DNA of 63,010 nucleotides, filler included, from Octopus bimaculoides (taxonomy: Eukaryota): the NCBI RefSeq assembly GCF_001194135.2. It is 5 parts of 4 records of this genome, joined end to end, with 100 filler letters (N's around TTAATTAATTAA, not from the genome) between each part and the next. Parts side by side here need not be neighbours in the genome. Positions count along the whole stretch, not along the records: positions 20,878 to 39,959 come from NC_068997.1; 4 more parts are not named here. One strand, given 5' to 3'. A program made the translations under genes and the position numbers. The notes beneath the pieces are model-generated. The model worked only from the letters and a program-made list of their open reading frames with translations. It ran no database searches and was not told where the DNA came from. Below are positions 23,526-35,937 of this stretch, in pieces. The first letter of the stretch is position 1, and each line of letters begins with the position of its first letter.

Positions 23526-24137
23526 AGTGATATTAAGTATGCTAGCCAGCCCTTGAGTTAATGGAGCATGTTAAAAACTTTTGCTTTGCTTAGATTACAA
23601 GTACCAGCACTGTGAAGCCGAGCAGTTATCCGCTTACCTTTCGGCTGATAGTCTAACACGCTATCCACAAGGCTCGCTGTCACACGGTAGAACTAAGCGT
23701 GTATGAACACTGTACGAAAATCGAATTCCATTAAATGACAATGAACAAATCAACGACTTCGAATGATTCTCCTCTTCCTCCTCCACCTCCTCTTCTTCTT
23801 CCCCTTCCCCCACCACCAACTCTGCTATACCAGTCCCATGTTACCATTTCAATCAAAATGATCATTGATTAATTCTTATCTACGTGTTTTATCGAACTGG
23901 CTTCTGACAACATAACAGACCCAGTACGTTGCGAAAAACAGCCTCAAGTGCTTCTGGCGAAACAAATTGATTGTTTTCCGTACTTACATCTGAAGGTCGT
24001 GTTTAACACATTCCTACTGAAAGGTCCCTTAAGACATCGATCAATATTAGACCAAGGTTATCGTTTGTCAGATAATATCTTCTGTTTAAAGTTATGTAAT
24101 TCACGAACTTGGCTTCATTCAAGCTAACGCGCAACAA

Positions 24138-24169
<32 letters not shown>

Positions 24170-24988
24170 NNNNNNNNNNNNNNNNNNNNNNNNNNNNNNN
24201 NNNNNNNNNNNNNNNNNNNNNNNNNNNNNNNNNNNNNNNNNNNNNNNNNNNNNNNNNNNNNNNNNNNNNNNNNNNNNNNNNNNNNNNNNNNNNNNNNNNN
24301 NNNNNNNNNNNNNNNNNNNNNNNNNNNNNNNNNNNNNNNNNNNNNNNNNNNNNNNNNNNNNNNNNNNNNNNNNNNNNNNNNNNNNNNNNNNNNNNNNNNN
24401 NNNNNNNNNNNNNNNNNNNNNNNNNNNNNNNNNNNNNNNNNNNNNNNNNNNNNNNNNNNNNNNNNNNNNNNNNNNNNNNNNNNNNNNNNNNNNNNNNNNN
24501 NNNNNNNNNNNNNNNNNNNNNNNNNNNNNNNNNNNNNNNNNNNNNNNNNNNNNNNNNNNNNNNNNNNNNNNNNNNNNNNNNNNNNNNNNNNNNNNNNNNN
24601 NNNNNNNNNNNNNNNNNNNNNNNNNNNNNNNNNNNNNNNNNNNNNNNNNNNNNNNNNNNNNNNNNNNNNNNNNNNNNNNNNNNNNNNNNNNNNNNNNNNN
24701 NNNNNNNNNNNNNNNNNNNNNNNNNNNNNNNNNNNNNNNNNNNNNNNNNNNNNNNNNNNNNNNNNNNNNNNNNNNNNNNNNNNNNNNNNNNNNNNNNNNN
24801 NNNNNNNNNNNNNNNNNNNNNNNNNNNNNNNNNNNNNNNNNNNNNNNNNNNNNNNNNNNNNNNNNNNNNNNNNNNNNNNNNNNNNNNNNNNNNNNNNNNN
24901 NNNNNNNNNNNNNNNNNNNNNNNNNNNNNNNNNNNNNNNNNNNNNNNNNNNNNNNNNNNNNNNNNNNNNNNNNNNNNNNNNNNNNNNN

Positions 24989-25031
<43 letters not shown>

Positions 25032-25129
25032 CATCTACATTTATATATTCACACATCTATATATCACAGTATCGACCAGACAATCGGATGTTGTTATACA
25101 TCGCTTGTCACAGTGCGCTTAGTATCACT

Positions 25130-25336
25130 TTAGCTTTCAAAGGATGCCACCATGCCGGCAAGAGGAGCAGGCCTACATCTCCCCTGATCGAGAGGCTATT
25201 CCATTGTAGGTTTACCCATATGCAACCGACTGGACTGGAACAGCATGGAAGGGAATGTTTTACTGAAGAACCCAACGCATCGCTTGATCCAGGAATCGAA
25301 ACCACAATCCCACGATCGTGAATCGAATACCCTAAC
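25130..25336 (-). mobile_element. SINE family C-related, decayed
   Basis: Minus head GGTTAGGGTATTCGATTCACGATCGTGGGATTGTGGTTTCGATTCCTGG. Confidence 0.7.
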
Positions 25337-25360
25337 CTATGTCTACAGATTTGCATCCAG

Positions 25361-25417
<57 letters not shown>

Positions 25418-25526
25418 ACCCACACACATATATATATATGCATATATATATACATACATACACACATATATGTACATGTACCTACATATATGCATGCATG
25501 CATATATATATATATACATATATCTT

Positions 25527-25615
<89 letters not shown>

Positions 25616-26861
25616 AGGTATATACATTGATTGTTTGCCAAGCAATCAACATGTATAGAAAGATCTGAATGATTACCCGAGAAACCGGAGACGGTGAAAC
25701 TATTTGTTGTAATGTAATATAAGCGAAGGACAATTCAGTTATTTAATAAAGATATACATATCTTTCCCTTGATGTCTACAGCGCTGACAATCCATTGATG
25801 GATACCCCTGCTCCACAAAAGATCAGTCGATTGACCCTTTATTTATCACACATTAGTGCGTGACCAGAGACTCAGCTAAACACGTACAACGGGTTTGAAC
25901 TGAAGACGCACGAGTTAGCAAGGCAATAACTTATCTTCACGGCCAATTTACCTCTGCTAACTAATGAACCCAAATTCTCTCATCACACTACGAAATAATG
26001 CATTATTCTTGGAAGGAAAGAATTGGTTTGTTTTTCTTGGAATATATACTAACTAATGTTGGGGTCCGCTTATTGTTAATGACCTGCAGTGGCTTGGCAA
26101 AGGCGACAGAAAAATCTAATGCTACTGGCTTCGTTTGATCAAAGGGAACAAGGAGGAAATTAATAAATATATCTTTTGATGCCTTGATTTCGACTTCCCT
26201 TATTTCTTCTTCTGTTGTCGTTGTTGTAATGTTGTGCTGGTAATGGTAAAATGGTGGAGGGAAGGAAGAGGAGAAATGAAGATAGGTAGATAGATAAAGA
26301 GAGAGAGAGAGAAAGAGAGAGCGATAGAGATAGAGGTAGAAAGAAATATAGGGAGAGATAACAGTGAAAGATTGAGAAAGTGTTAGAGTGTTATAAGGTT
26401 GAAGAGTTTGATAGACAGATAGATAGACAAATAGTGGGAGAAAGAGGAGAGTGAGAGAGACAGTGAAGGGAAAGAGCGAGGGAGAAAAAGAGAAAAAGAG
26501 AAGGGCTTGTGTAATAGAGAGATGCTGAGACAGACAGAGGAAGATAAAGCATAAAAGAAACAGAGACACAGAAACGAATAAGAAAACGGATGCCATAATG
26601 GGAAATAGAATAATAGCAAGGAGTATAGAGGGGGAGAAAGAGAGTGATTAAAGTTTTAAAGGGAGAGAGAGAGGGGGGGGAAGGGAAAGATATATAAATG
26701 CACGTGTGTGTGTATATATGTGTGTATATATAGATGCACGTAATGTATATAGACACCTATATGTGTGTGTGTGTGTGGTGTGTAAGGATAGGGAAGGATA
26801 TACAGAGAGACACACAAGGAGAATGAGACGTGTGTGTGTGTGTATATATATATATACATAT

Positions 26862-26894
<33 letters not shown>

Positions 26895-27836
26895 NNNNNN
26901 NNNNNNNNNNNNNNNNNNNNNNNNNNNNNNNNNNNNNNNNNNNNNNNNNNNNNNNNNNNNNNNNNNNNNNNNNNNNNNNNNNNNNNNNNNNNNNNNNNNN
27001 NNNNNNNNNNNNNNNNNNNNNNNNNNNNNNNNNNNNNNNNNNNNNNNNNNNNNNNNNNNNNNNNNNNNNNNNNNNNNNNNNNNNNNNNNNNNNNNNNNNN
27101 NNNNNNNNNNNNNNNNNNNNNNNNNNNNNNNNNNNNNNNNNNNNNNNNNNNNNNNNNNNNNNNNNNNNNNNNNNNNNNNNNNNNNNNNNNNNNNNNNNNN
27201 NNNNNNNNNNNNNNNNNNNNNNNNNNNNNNNNNNNNNNNNNNNNNNNNNNNNNNNNNNNNNNNNNNNNNNNNNNNNNNNNNNNNNNNNNNNNNNNNNNNN
27301 NNNNNNNNNNNNNNNNNNNNNNNNNNNNNNNNNNNNNNNNNNNNNNNNNNNNNNNNNNNNNNNNNNNNNNNNNNNNNNNNNNNNNNNNNNNNNNNNNNNN
27401 NNNNNNNNNNNNNNNNNNNNNNNNNNNNNNNNNNNNNNNNNNNNNNNNNNNNNNNNNNNNNNNNNNNNNNNNNNNNNNNNNNNNNNNNNNNNNNNNNNNN
27501 NNNNNNNNNNNNNNNNNNNNNNNNNNNNNNNNNNNNNNNNNNNNNNNNNNNNNNNNNNNNNNNNNNNNNNNNNNNNNNNNNNNNNNNNNNNNNNNNNNNN
27601 NNNNNNNNNNNNNNNGAGAGAGAGAGAGAGAGAGAGAAAGAGGAGGAAGAGAAAGAGAGTAAGTGAGAGAAAGAAAGAAAGTGATTGATAGATAGACAGT
27701 GATAGAGAAAGAGAAAGAGATGGAGAGAGAGAGAGAGAGAGAGAGAAAACGAAGATGAAAGACAGACGATTAGTGAAATCACCTTAAGAGACATACACGC
27801 ACACGCACACGCACAAATACACGCATGCGCGTTCGG

Positions 27837-27868
<32 letters not shown>

Positions 27869-28050
27869 CAACACACACACACACGCACACACACAAAGTT
27901 TACTGTTCTCTTAAGGTAGGATCTCCATCCAGTGAAAGATAAACATCATTTAATGTACACTGCACTAATATAAGAGCTACTAGTAGTTTCTTGCCATTGA
28001 AACACGTGGTTAAGCAGATCTTTGTAATGAGCCTTATGTTATATTAAATG

Positions 28051-28100
<50 letters not shown>

Positions 28101-28105
28101 GTGTG

Positions 28106-28157
<52 letters not shown>

Positions 28158-28678
28158 ACTCTCTCTCTCNNNNNNNNNNNNNNNNNNNNNNNNNNNNNNN
28201 NNNNNNNNNNNNNNNNNNNNNNNNNNNNNNNNNNNNNNNNNNNNNNNNNNNNNNNNNNNNNNNNNNNNNNNNNNNNNNNNNNNNNNNNNNNNNNNNNNNN
28301 NNNNNNNNNNNNNNNNNNNNNNNNNNNNNNNNNNNNNNNNNNNNNNNNNNNNNNNNNNNNNNNNNNNNNNNNNNNNNNNNNNNNNNNNNNNNNNNNNNNN
28401 NNNNNNNNNNNNNNNNNNNNNNNNNNNNNNNNNNNNNNNNNNNNNNNNNNNNNNNNNNNNNNNNNNNNNNNNNNNNNNNNNNNNNNNNNNNNNNNNNNNN
28501 NNNNNNNNNNNNNNNNNNNNNNNNNNNNNNNNNNNNNNNNNNNNNNNNNNNNNNNNNNNNNNNNNNNNNNNNNNNNNNNNNNNNNNNNNNNNNNNNNNNN
28601 NNNNNNNNNNNNNNNNNNNNNNNNNNNNNNNNNNNNNNNNNNNNNNNNNNNNNNNNNNNNNNNNNNNNNNNNNNNNNN

Positions 28679-29157
28679 GTGTCTGGTTCGGTCCAGACCT
28701 GCAAACGGAGAAGAACTGAGACGAGATAACGACGAGGGTGGCCACTCTCTGCCGGCAATGGGCCGAGAGAAAGCTGTCCTTAAGAGGTCGGGCGGAGGTG
28801 GCGAACGCGTACATCGCGTCCCCTCATCAACTACCGCCTGACCATCGTGCCTTGTCTCGACCCTACCATCACCAAACTGGAGCGCATCCTCTTCCGCTTC
28901 GTGTGGAAAGGGAGCGTTTCGATGGTCAGGCGATCCATTTGCTGCTAACACCCGCTGAAAGGAGGGCTGAGCATGATGTGGTTGATGATGCGTAGACACG
29001 CGCTGAGACTGCGACATCTCCGGCTCTACGTGGACGACTGTGAGCAGGTGCGATCGCGGTTTGTGCGGCGCGCTTTCTCGCAGCTCGTCTCCACGACCGA
29101 GCTGCAGTCGTGGATCAAGAAGAGGCCGAGGAAGGGCGAATGACACCGCGAGTGTTG
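28679..29157 (+). mobile_element. Tx1/L1-clade LINE ORF2 post-RT fragment
   Basis: VWFGPDLQTEKN*DEITTRVATLCRQWAERKLSLRGRAEVANAYIAS(fs)LINYRLTIVPCLDPTITKLERILFRFVWKG..HPLKGGLSM; markedly GC-rich relative to its flanks. Confidence 0.85.
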
Positions 29158-29395
29158 AATCCGACCGCTCTCAAAAATTAAGTAAAAAAAAAAGAAAAGA
29201 AAAGAAAAATAATCCAGAATCCTTGTCCGGTACTGGATCGATCCCGAAATCTAATCGTTTCGTGCCAGTCACGAGGCCAAACGTCCCTGAAAGTTTCATC
29301 CGAATCCATCCAGTGGTTCTTGAGATATCTTGTCCACGAACAAACAAACACGACTGACAACAATACCTCCGCCTTAGTGAAGGCGGAGGTAATAA
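29158..29395 (-). mobile_element. Helentron-associated interspersed element (HINE/DINE-1-like)
   Basis: Minus strand starts TTATTACCTCCGCCTT-cact-AAGGCGGAGGTA (12-bp hairpin, 29364-29391), followed by GTTTGTTTGT..GGATGGATT..ATGAAACTT core. Confidence 0.7.
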
Positions 29396-30185
29396 CGTAG
29401 AGATAGTGGTAATTGAAATTGGAGAGTTAGATAGATGTAGATAGATAAACTGATATTGTTGCTTAGTTTGACAGCCAGAGTGTCAGACAATTACATAGAT
29501 AAACAGCAGATATATAGATATACATGAATAGATAGAAAAATAGTGCCAGCTTTATTGAGATTTATAGATAGATAGATAGATTTAGATATGCGGATGGAGA
29601 GAAAGTTAAAGAAATGAAAGCAGAAACAGACAAAAGTTATATACAGAACGAGAAAGATAAAAAAGAAGAAAAGAAATAGAAAATCAATAAGAAAGTAGGA
29701 AGGGAAGAGAAATAGAAAGAGAGAAGTAAGTACGGAGAAACAGAGAGAAGGTGAGAGAGGGAGAGGGGAAAAAGAGAGAAAGCGATATGTTGACGTATTA
29801 AAGGAGAAATATGAGGAGAAAAAAAAGAGCGTAAATTAAATTGTCCGCAGTCTATTCGTGAGTCCGAGCTGAGCTGTGAAGCTATCCCGCAGAGGAGTGA
29901 ATGACTTTAGTGTTAAGATCTTCGAACCTCCAGGGCAATTGAGACAGCTGCTAGTTAGCGGGAAGTGGGTGGAGGGAAACCTTAGAGAAATATTTCTTTC
30001 TTGAACCTCACAGAACGTGGCAGAGACCCGCAGAACACACACCCCCAACTCCCTCCACGCACTCTCTTCCCTTATATACACATACAATGCGCATACTTAC
30101 GTGGATGGTTCGAACCCTTTTCGAAGCTATCTGCTAACAATACCGATTGAGCGACTTGATTTGCACCGAACTAAGTACGTAAATA

Positions 30186-31051
30186 GAAGTCTCAAGTGCG
30201 TGGTAAGCGGATCAGTGAAGAAAGCGCTCGGAAAGGAAGCTTCGCTGTTTGAAGAGAATTGTGGAAAACGAATCCCATTCCAAGGCTTCTGACATTGCAA
30301 AACAGCTAGAAGTTAGTCCAAGAACGTGTGTTACATATCTGCATAAGCTTGAGTATTATGGACGAGGAGCTAGATGAAAACCTCTCCTTCCACCAATTAA
30401 TATCATGAAAAGAAAGAACTGGTCTAAGGAGATGTCAGAAAAAATTCAGTTCATTTTGGGATAGAGTGATTTTCTCAGATGAATTCAAATTTGCATTATT
30501 TTCAGACAATGGATGTGTTTGGGTCTGGAGACTTCCCGATCAAGAATTTGATTTGAAACGACTCCAACCAACTGTGAAACATGGCAATATCTCTGTAATT
30601 GTATGGAGAGCTGTTACCAGCAATGGTCGTTCTGAGCTGATCGAATGTGTTGGAACCATAAACTCTGAAAAATACACTGAAATATTTAAGCAAGGATTAC
30701 TTCCTATGTATTCATACAATAACAACGAAAAATGAGTTTTTATTCCTGGAAGATGGGGCTCCATGCCACACAGCGAAAAGGAGTTAACAACGGCTGACTG
30801 AAAATGGGATCAAAAAGCTTCCTTAGCCGAGCCAATCTCCTGACATGAACCCAATTGAAACTCTTTGGAGTATACTAGATAGAGCTATACGAAAAACTTG
30901 ACAGAAACTTAAATCTAAAGATGAATTGTTTCGATTGTTTCGTGAATAGTGGGCAAAATTTCCACAAGAGACAATCACAAAACTCATCAGTTCAATGGAA
31001 GAACGAGTTTCTGAATTAAAAACTGCAAAGGGAATGTTAACTAAATACTAA
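30186..31051 (+). mobile_element. Tc1-like DD34E transposase pseudogene
   Basis: HTH ..RIVENESHSKASDIAKQLEVSPRTC..; WDRVIFSDEFKF; QPTVKHGNISVIVW; EDGAPCHTAK..PSQSPDMNPIETLW with 34 residues between the second D and the E. Several in-frame stops; terminal stop 31049-31051. TIRs not seen (gap follows). Confidence 0.92.
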
Positions 31052-31371
31052 AGTATGTAGTCTTACCTATCGATTACATTTCAATTGTTCGCTTTGCGTA
31101 TCAAATAAAATAAAAGATTTTGAAAATTANNNNNNNNNNNNNNNNNNNNNNNNNNNNNNNNNNNNNNNNNNNNNNNNNNNNNNNNNNNNNNNNNNNNNNN
31201 NNNNNNNNNNNNNNNNNNNNNNNNNNNNNNNNNNNNNNNTATATATATATTTGTTAGTTAATAAGTTCAAATTATTAAAGCATCAATTAATGCATTATTA
31301 TGAGTTAAGTGAGTTATCGTCAGGGATTGACATCTTAAACAAATACGGATTACTGAAGCATTGCGAAGACG

Positions 31372-31500
31372 TGAGACTTTGTGGTTAGGGTGTTGCACTT
31401 ATGATCGCAAGATGGTGGTTTCGAATTCAGGATCGGTTGGTGCATTTAACTCTTGAGCAAAGCACTTTCTTTCGTTTTGATTCTGGTCCATTCAGGTGTA
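31372..31500 (+). mobile_element. SINE family C 5' fragment
   Basis: GTGGTTAGGGTG..ATGATCGCAAGATGGTGGTTTCGAATTC..CTTGAGCAAAGCACTT. Confidence 0.65.
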
Positions 31501-32407
31501 AAAGGGTATTGTGATTCTTGGTTGCTAATACGCCATGGAAAGCGGGTTACTAGGTCTTTATGAGACCCAGGACTCGAAACAGACTTTACTTTTTTAGTGA
31601 AACACTGGATAGCCGCAAAAATTATTAGCCCTAAAAAAAAAAACAGAAATAAAACAAAAAAATAAATAAAGCCAAAAGCACATCCTGAACAACGTGTATG
31701 GAGTATTTTTATCACGGAAATATGCACATACACACACCTATGTGTCTATATGTGTGTGTGTGAGTGTGTGTGTGTGTGTGTGTGCGTATGTGTGTATGTG
31801 TGTGTATGTGTGTTTGCGTTTCTCGTTATCATGGTGATGATTTATAATTTGGAAGAGGTGGTTGATAGTTACTCCATCATATTTATAACCAGTGACAGAT
31901 TCGTTCGATAGATTTCTTAATGGAATGTGAGACAAGCAAAATACCAGAGGGGATAATTAGCCTCCCTGTTAGACTCCTCTACTTACTATGGGCATAGGTT
32001 GGCTTTTAATTATCTTCCTTTTGCCTTGTAGTGATATTGTAGTTTTCTATTTTGTCATGGTGAAGCTGATGTATTTTGTTTGTATTGGAGCGGCCCCATA
32101 TTCCAGTAGCTGCTCGTTACAGACATACAACCTTTCACTGCACCATTTCAGCATTTTCGATGACATATTATTACCCACCATATGAGTAACCAGCCGGTGA
32201 GACGAGTACAGAAGCAAAGTTATAATTCCAAGTTTTAGGGTCTCTGGTATTTCTGTTATGAGAATTTTTGTTTGGTTTTGCCACCAGTATCCTATCAGGC
32301 GTTAATTTTGATCAACTTCATCGAATACCTACCATCTGTATTGGTCAGGTACGTCGACCAAGCTTTTCAGTTGCTTGCATTTCTGAATGATTGGCGACAG
32401 ACTCAAA

Positions 32408-32465
<58 letters not shown>

Positions 32466-32476
32466 TAAACACACAT

Positions 32477-32636
32477 TCGACGGGCTTCCATACTGTTTTC
32501 GTCTCCCAAGTTCACTTATTAGGCATTGATCAGACCAGGGCTAAAGTAGAACACACTTGCTACACAGTAGGACTGAACCCGAATTCCCGTGGCTGCAAAG
32601 CAAACTTCTTAACCACGCAGCCACACTTGCACCTGC
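32477..32636 (-). mobile_element. SINE family A, 5' half, decayed
   Basis: Homologous to 5019-5185; abuts a (CA)n tract. Confidence 0.75.
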
Positions 32637-33372
32637 TTGTATTAAAAAAAATTAACTCTGCTCTGTTTTGTTCGTCCCACATGCGGCCCTCATGTGCAGC
32701 TTTATTGTATGTCATTTCAATAATATATTTCGTGCGATAAATCAAAAATAATATAAAATGAATTTTCACTTTTGGTGTTCCAGATTAAGGATGACCCACG
32801 ATGAAGCAATAAAATCAACAACAACGACATATGGTTGTTACGGTCGCTGATATTTGTTACCATTGTGGTTGATGTTACCGCAGTTGTATAATCCCAGGAG
32901 GTCACAACTGAAGTTGACCAAATCCGTAACGAAAGGCTTTCTTGCCGTGACCATTCCGTCGTATAAATGTAAGACATAGCACACTGAAAAAGAAAAAAAA
33001 ACAAAAAAACAAAGACATAAAAGAAACAGCTTATCCATATTTATTCTTCCTCTTTTTAAATCGGTAGAATGTGATAGATAGAAATTTGATTGCCATGTCT
33101 AACAGGATATGTTACAGTTGAGCAACAATGTCGAGAATGCTTCTTTAGCTCAATTTGTGAAATTTTAGTGCCATGATAGACTATGTCATGGATCATTACA
33201 TACTCAAAATTCTTCCAAATAACTAGTAGAAGGGTTTTACTTGTTGGCTCATATATGTACTCAACTAGTGTTAGCTTAAGGCAGACACCAACTATGTGAT
33301 TCATCTGTTGGTCAAAATTGTAATAGATCTTTTTTGATTAAATTAATCAACTCGCCATTGTAGTTCTTGCCG

Positions 33373-33494
<122 letters not shown>

Positions 33495-34607
33495 NNNNNN
33501 NNNNNNNNNNNNNNNNNNNNNNNNNNNNNNNNNNNNNNNNNNNNNNNNNNNNNNNNNNNNNNNNNNNNNNNNNNNNNNNNNNNNNNNNNNNNNNNNNNNN
33601 NNNNNNNNNNNNNNNNNNNNNNNNNNNNNNNNNNNNNNNNNNNNNNNNNNNNNNNNNNNNNNNNNNNNNNNNNNNNNNNNNNNNNNNNNNNNNNNNNNNN
33701 NNNNNNNNNNNNNNNNNNNNNNNNNNNNNNNNNNNNNNNNNNNNNNNNNNNNNNNNNNNNNNNNNNNNNNNNNNNNNNNNNNNNNNNNNNNNNNNNNNNN
33801 NNNNNNNNNNNNNNNNNNNNNNNNNNNNNNNNNNNNNNNNNNNNNNNNNNNNNNNNNNNNNNNNNNNNNNNNNNNNNNNNNNNNNNNNNNNNNNNNNNNN
33901 NNNNNNNNNNNNNNNNNNNNNNNNNNNNNNNNNNNNNNNNNNNNNNNNNNNNNNNNNNNNNNNNNNNNNNNNNNNNNNNNNNNNNNNNNNNNNNNNNNNN
34001 NNNNNNNNNNNNNNNNNNNNNNNNNNNNNNNNNNNNNNNNNNNNNNNNNNNNNNNNNNNNNNNNNNNNNNNNNNNNNNNNNNNNNNNNNNNNNNNNNNNN
34101 NNNNNNNNNNNNNNNNNNNNNNNNNNNNNNNNNTGCTTGCTTCTTCTATTATGTTGCTTTCTTCTTCTTTTTTTTTGTTTTGGTTCTGTGCGTGTATATA
34201 ATATAAAACCGTTTTATTATTCTCTTTACACATTTAATTCTACATATACCAAATTATGTAAAATATAATTTTAATGAAAACTTGAATCTGCCAAAAAAAT
34301 TTCTGTGAATAAATAAAAATGAATAGAAACCGAAATCAGAAAATAACGACGTTGTAGAAAAGATGGTGATTTACTCAATGCGAAGAAAAAGAGGCAACGA
34401 AAACTATAAAAAAGTTAAAAGAAAAAATGAAATACAAATGAACATTGTTTGATATATGGCCTGTGTTTTCCGTACCATATGCAGCATGCCTCTGAAGTGT
34501 ACATGTTATTTGCTTATATGCTTTATGTATGTATGCATGTATATAGGTATGTATGTGTACATATATATGCGTATATGTATACGTGCATACTTATATATAT
34601 ATGTACA

Positions 34608-34682
<75 letters not shown>

Positions 34683-35286
34683 NNNNNNNNNNNNNNNNNN
34701 NNNNNNNNNNNNNNNNNNNNNNNNNNNNNNNNNNNNNNNNNNNNNNNNNNNNNNNNNNNNNNNNNNNNNNNNNNNNNNNNNNNNNNNNNNNNNNNNNNNN
34801 NNNNNNNNNNNNNNNNNNNNNNNNNNNNNNNNNNNNNNNNNNNNNNNNNNNNNNNNNNNNNNNNNNNNNNNNNNNNNNNNNNNNNNNNNNNNNNNNNNNN
34901 NNNNNNNNNNNNNNNNNNNNNNNNNNNNNNNNNNNNNNNNNNNNNNNNNNNNNNNNNNNNNNNNNNNNNNNNNNNNNNNNNNNNNNNNNNNNNNNNNNNN
35001 NNNNNNNNNNNNNNNNNNNNNNNNNNNNNNNNNNNNNNNNNNNNNNNNNNNNNNNNNNNNNNNNNNNNNNNNNNNNNNNNNNNNNNNNNNNNNNNNNNNN
35101 NNNNNNNNNNNNNNNNNNNNNNNNNNNNNNNNNNNNNNNNNNNNNNNNNNNNNNNNNNNNNNNNNNNNNNNNNNNNNNNNNNNNNNNNNNNNNNNNNNNN
35201 NNNNNNNNNNNNNNNNNNNNNNNNNNNNNNNNNNNNNNNNNNNNNNNNNNNNNNNNNNNNNNNNNNNNNNNNNNNNNNNNNNNNNN

Positions 35287-35320
<34 letters not shown>

Positions 35321-35776
35321 GCACACATGCCTTTTGTCTTTCATCCATCCATCCTTCTTTCCTTCCTTCCTTTCTTTCTCCCTTCCCTTCTTTTACTTTC
35401 TCTATTATTTCTTTGAAAACAAATACATTTTTCGAAAATAATTGAAAAAGAAAAGGAACGAAATAAAAATAAATAAATAAGTGTAAAAACAACAACAACA
35501 ACAACAAAACCAATAAATAGAATTAAAAAAAAAATAATAAAACAAAACGATAAAAAAAAATAAAGGCTTGATTTCAGTTTACAAACGCTGAATACGTGAT
35601 TTAAACCATTGAATCAGTTTTATCGAAAGCAAAAATCTCGGCTTACAAAGAAACTGCTATATTTTAAGTAGATCATTATATATAGGTTAGATTTAACCTC
35701 ATTAAGAACATCACAAATTTCATACCGCCATTAACGACAGCTTACAAAAGTGAAATTACAGTCTGTGTACGTACAT

Positions 35777-35809
<33 letters not shown>

Positions 35810-35900
35810 CATATGAATGAATCGTGGGGTATATATGAATGTGTGTGTATCTTTGAATATAGATATAATGAGAAACAAACAGAAAGAATGAACTTTCATA

Positions 35901-35937
<37 letters not shown>

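Noticed and set aside
23982-24100. Minus-strand GAT|GTAAGT donor
   Set aside because: The better upstream acceptor gives stops in all three frames; no further support.
24003-25122. Long ORFs of 200-450 aa in the track (also 26706-27896, 33343-37039, 54267-55678, 60824-62087)
   Set aside because: They consist of X from N gaps plus dinucleotide translations (YI, HT, CV, SL).
28151-29146. Minus-strand 331-aa ORF
   Set aside because: Antisense shadow of the GC-rich Tx1 fragment plus gap; the plus strand carries the recognisable protein.
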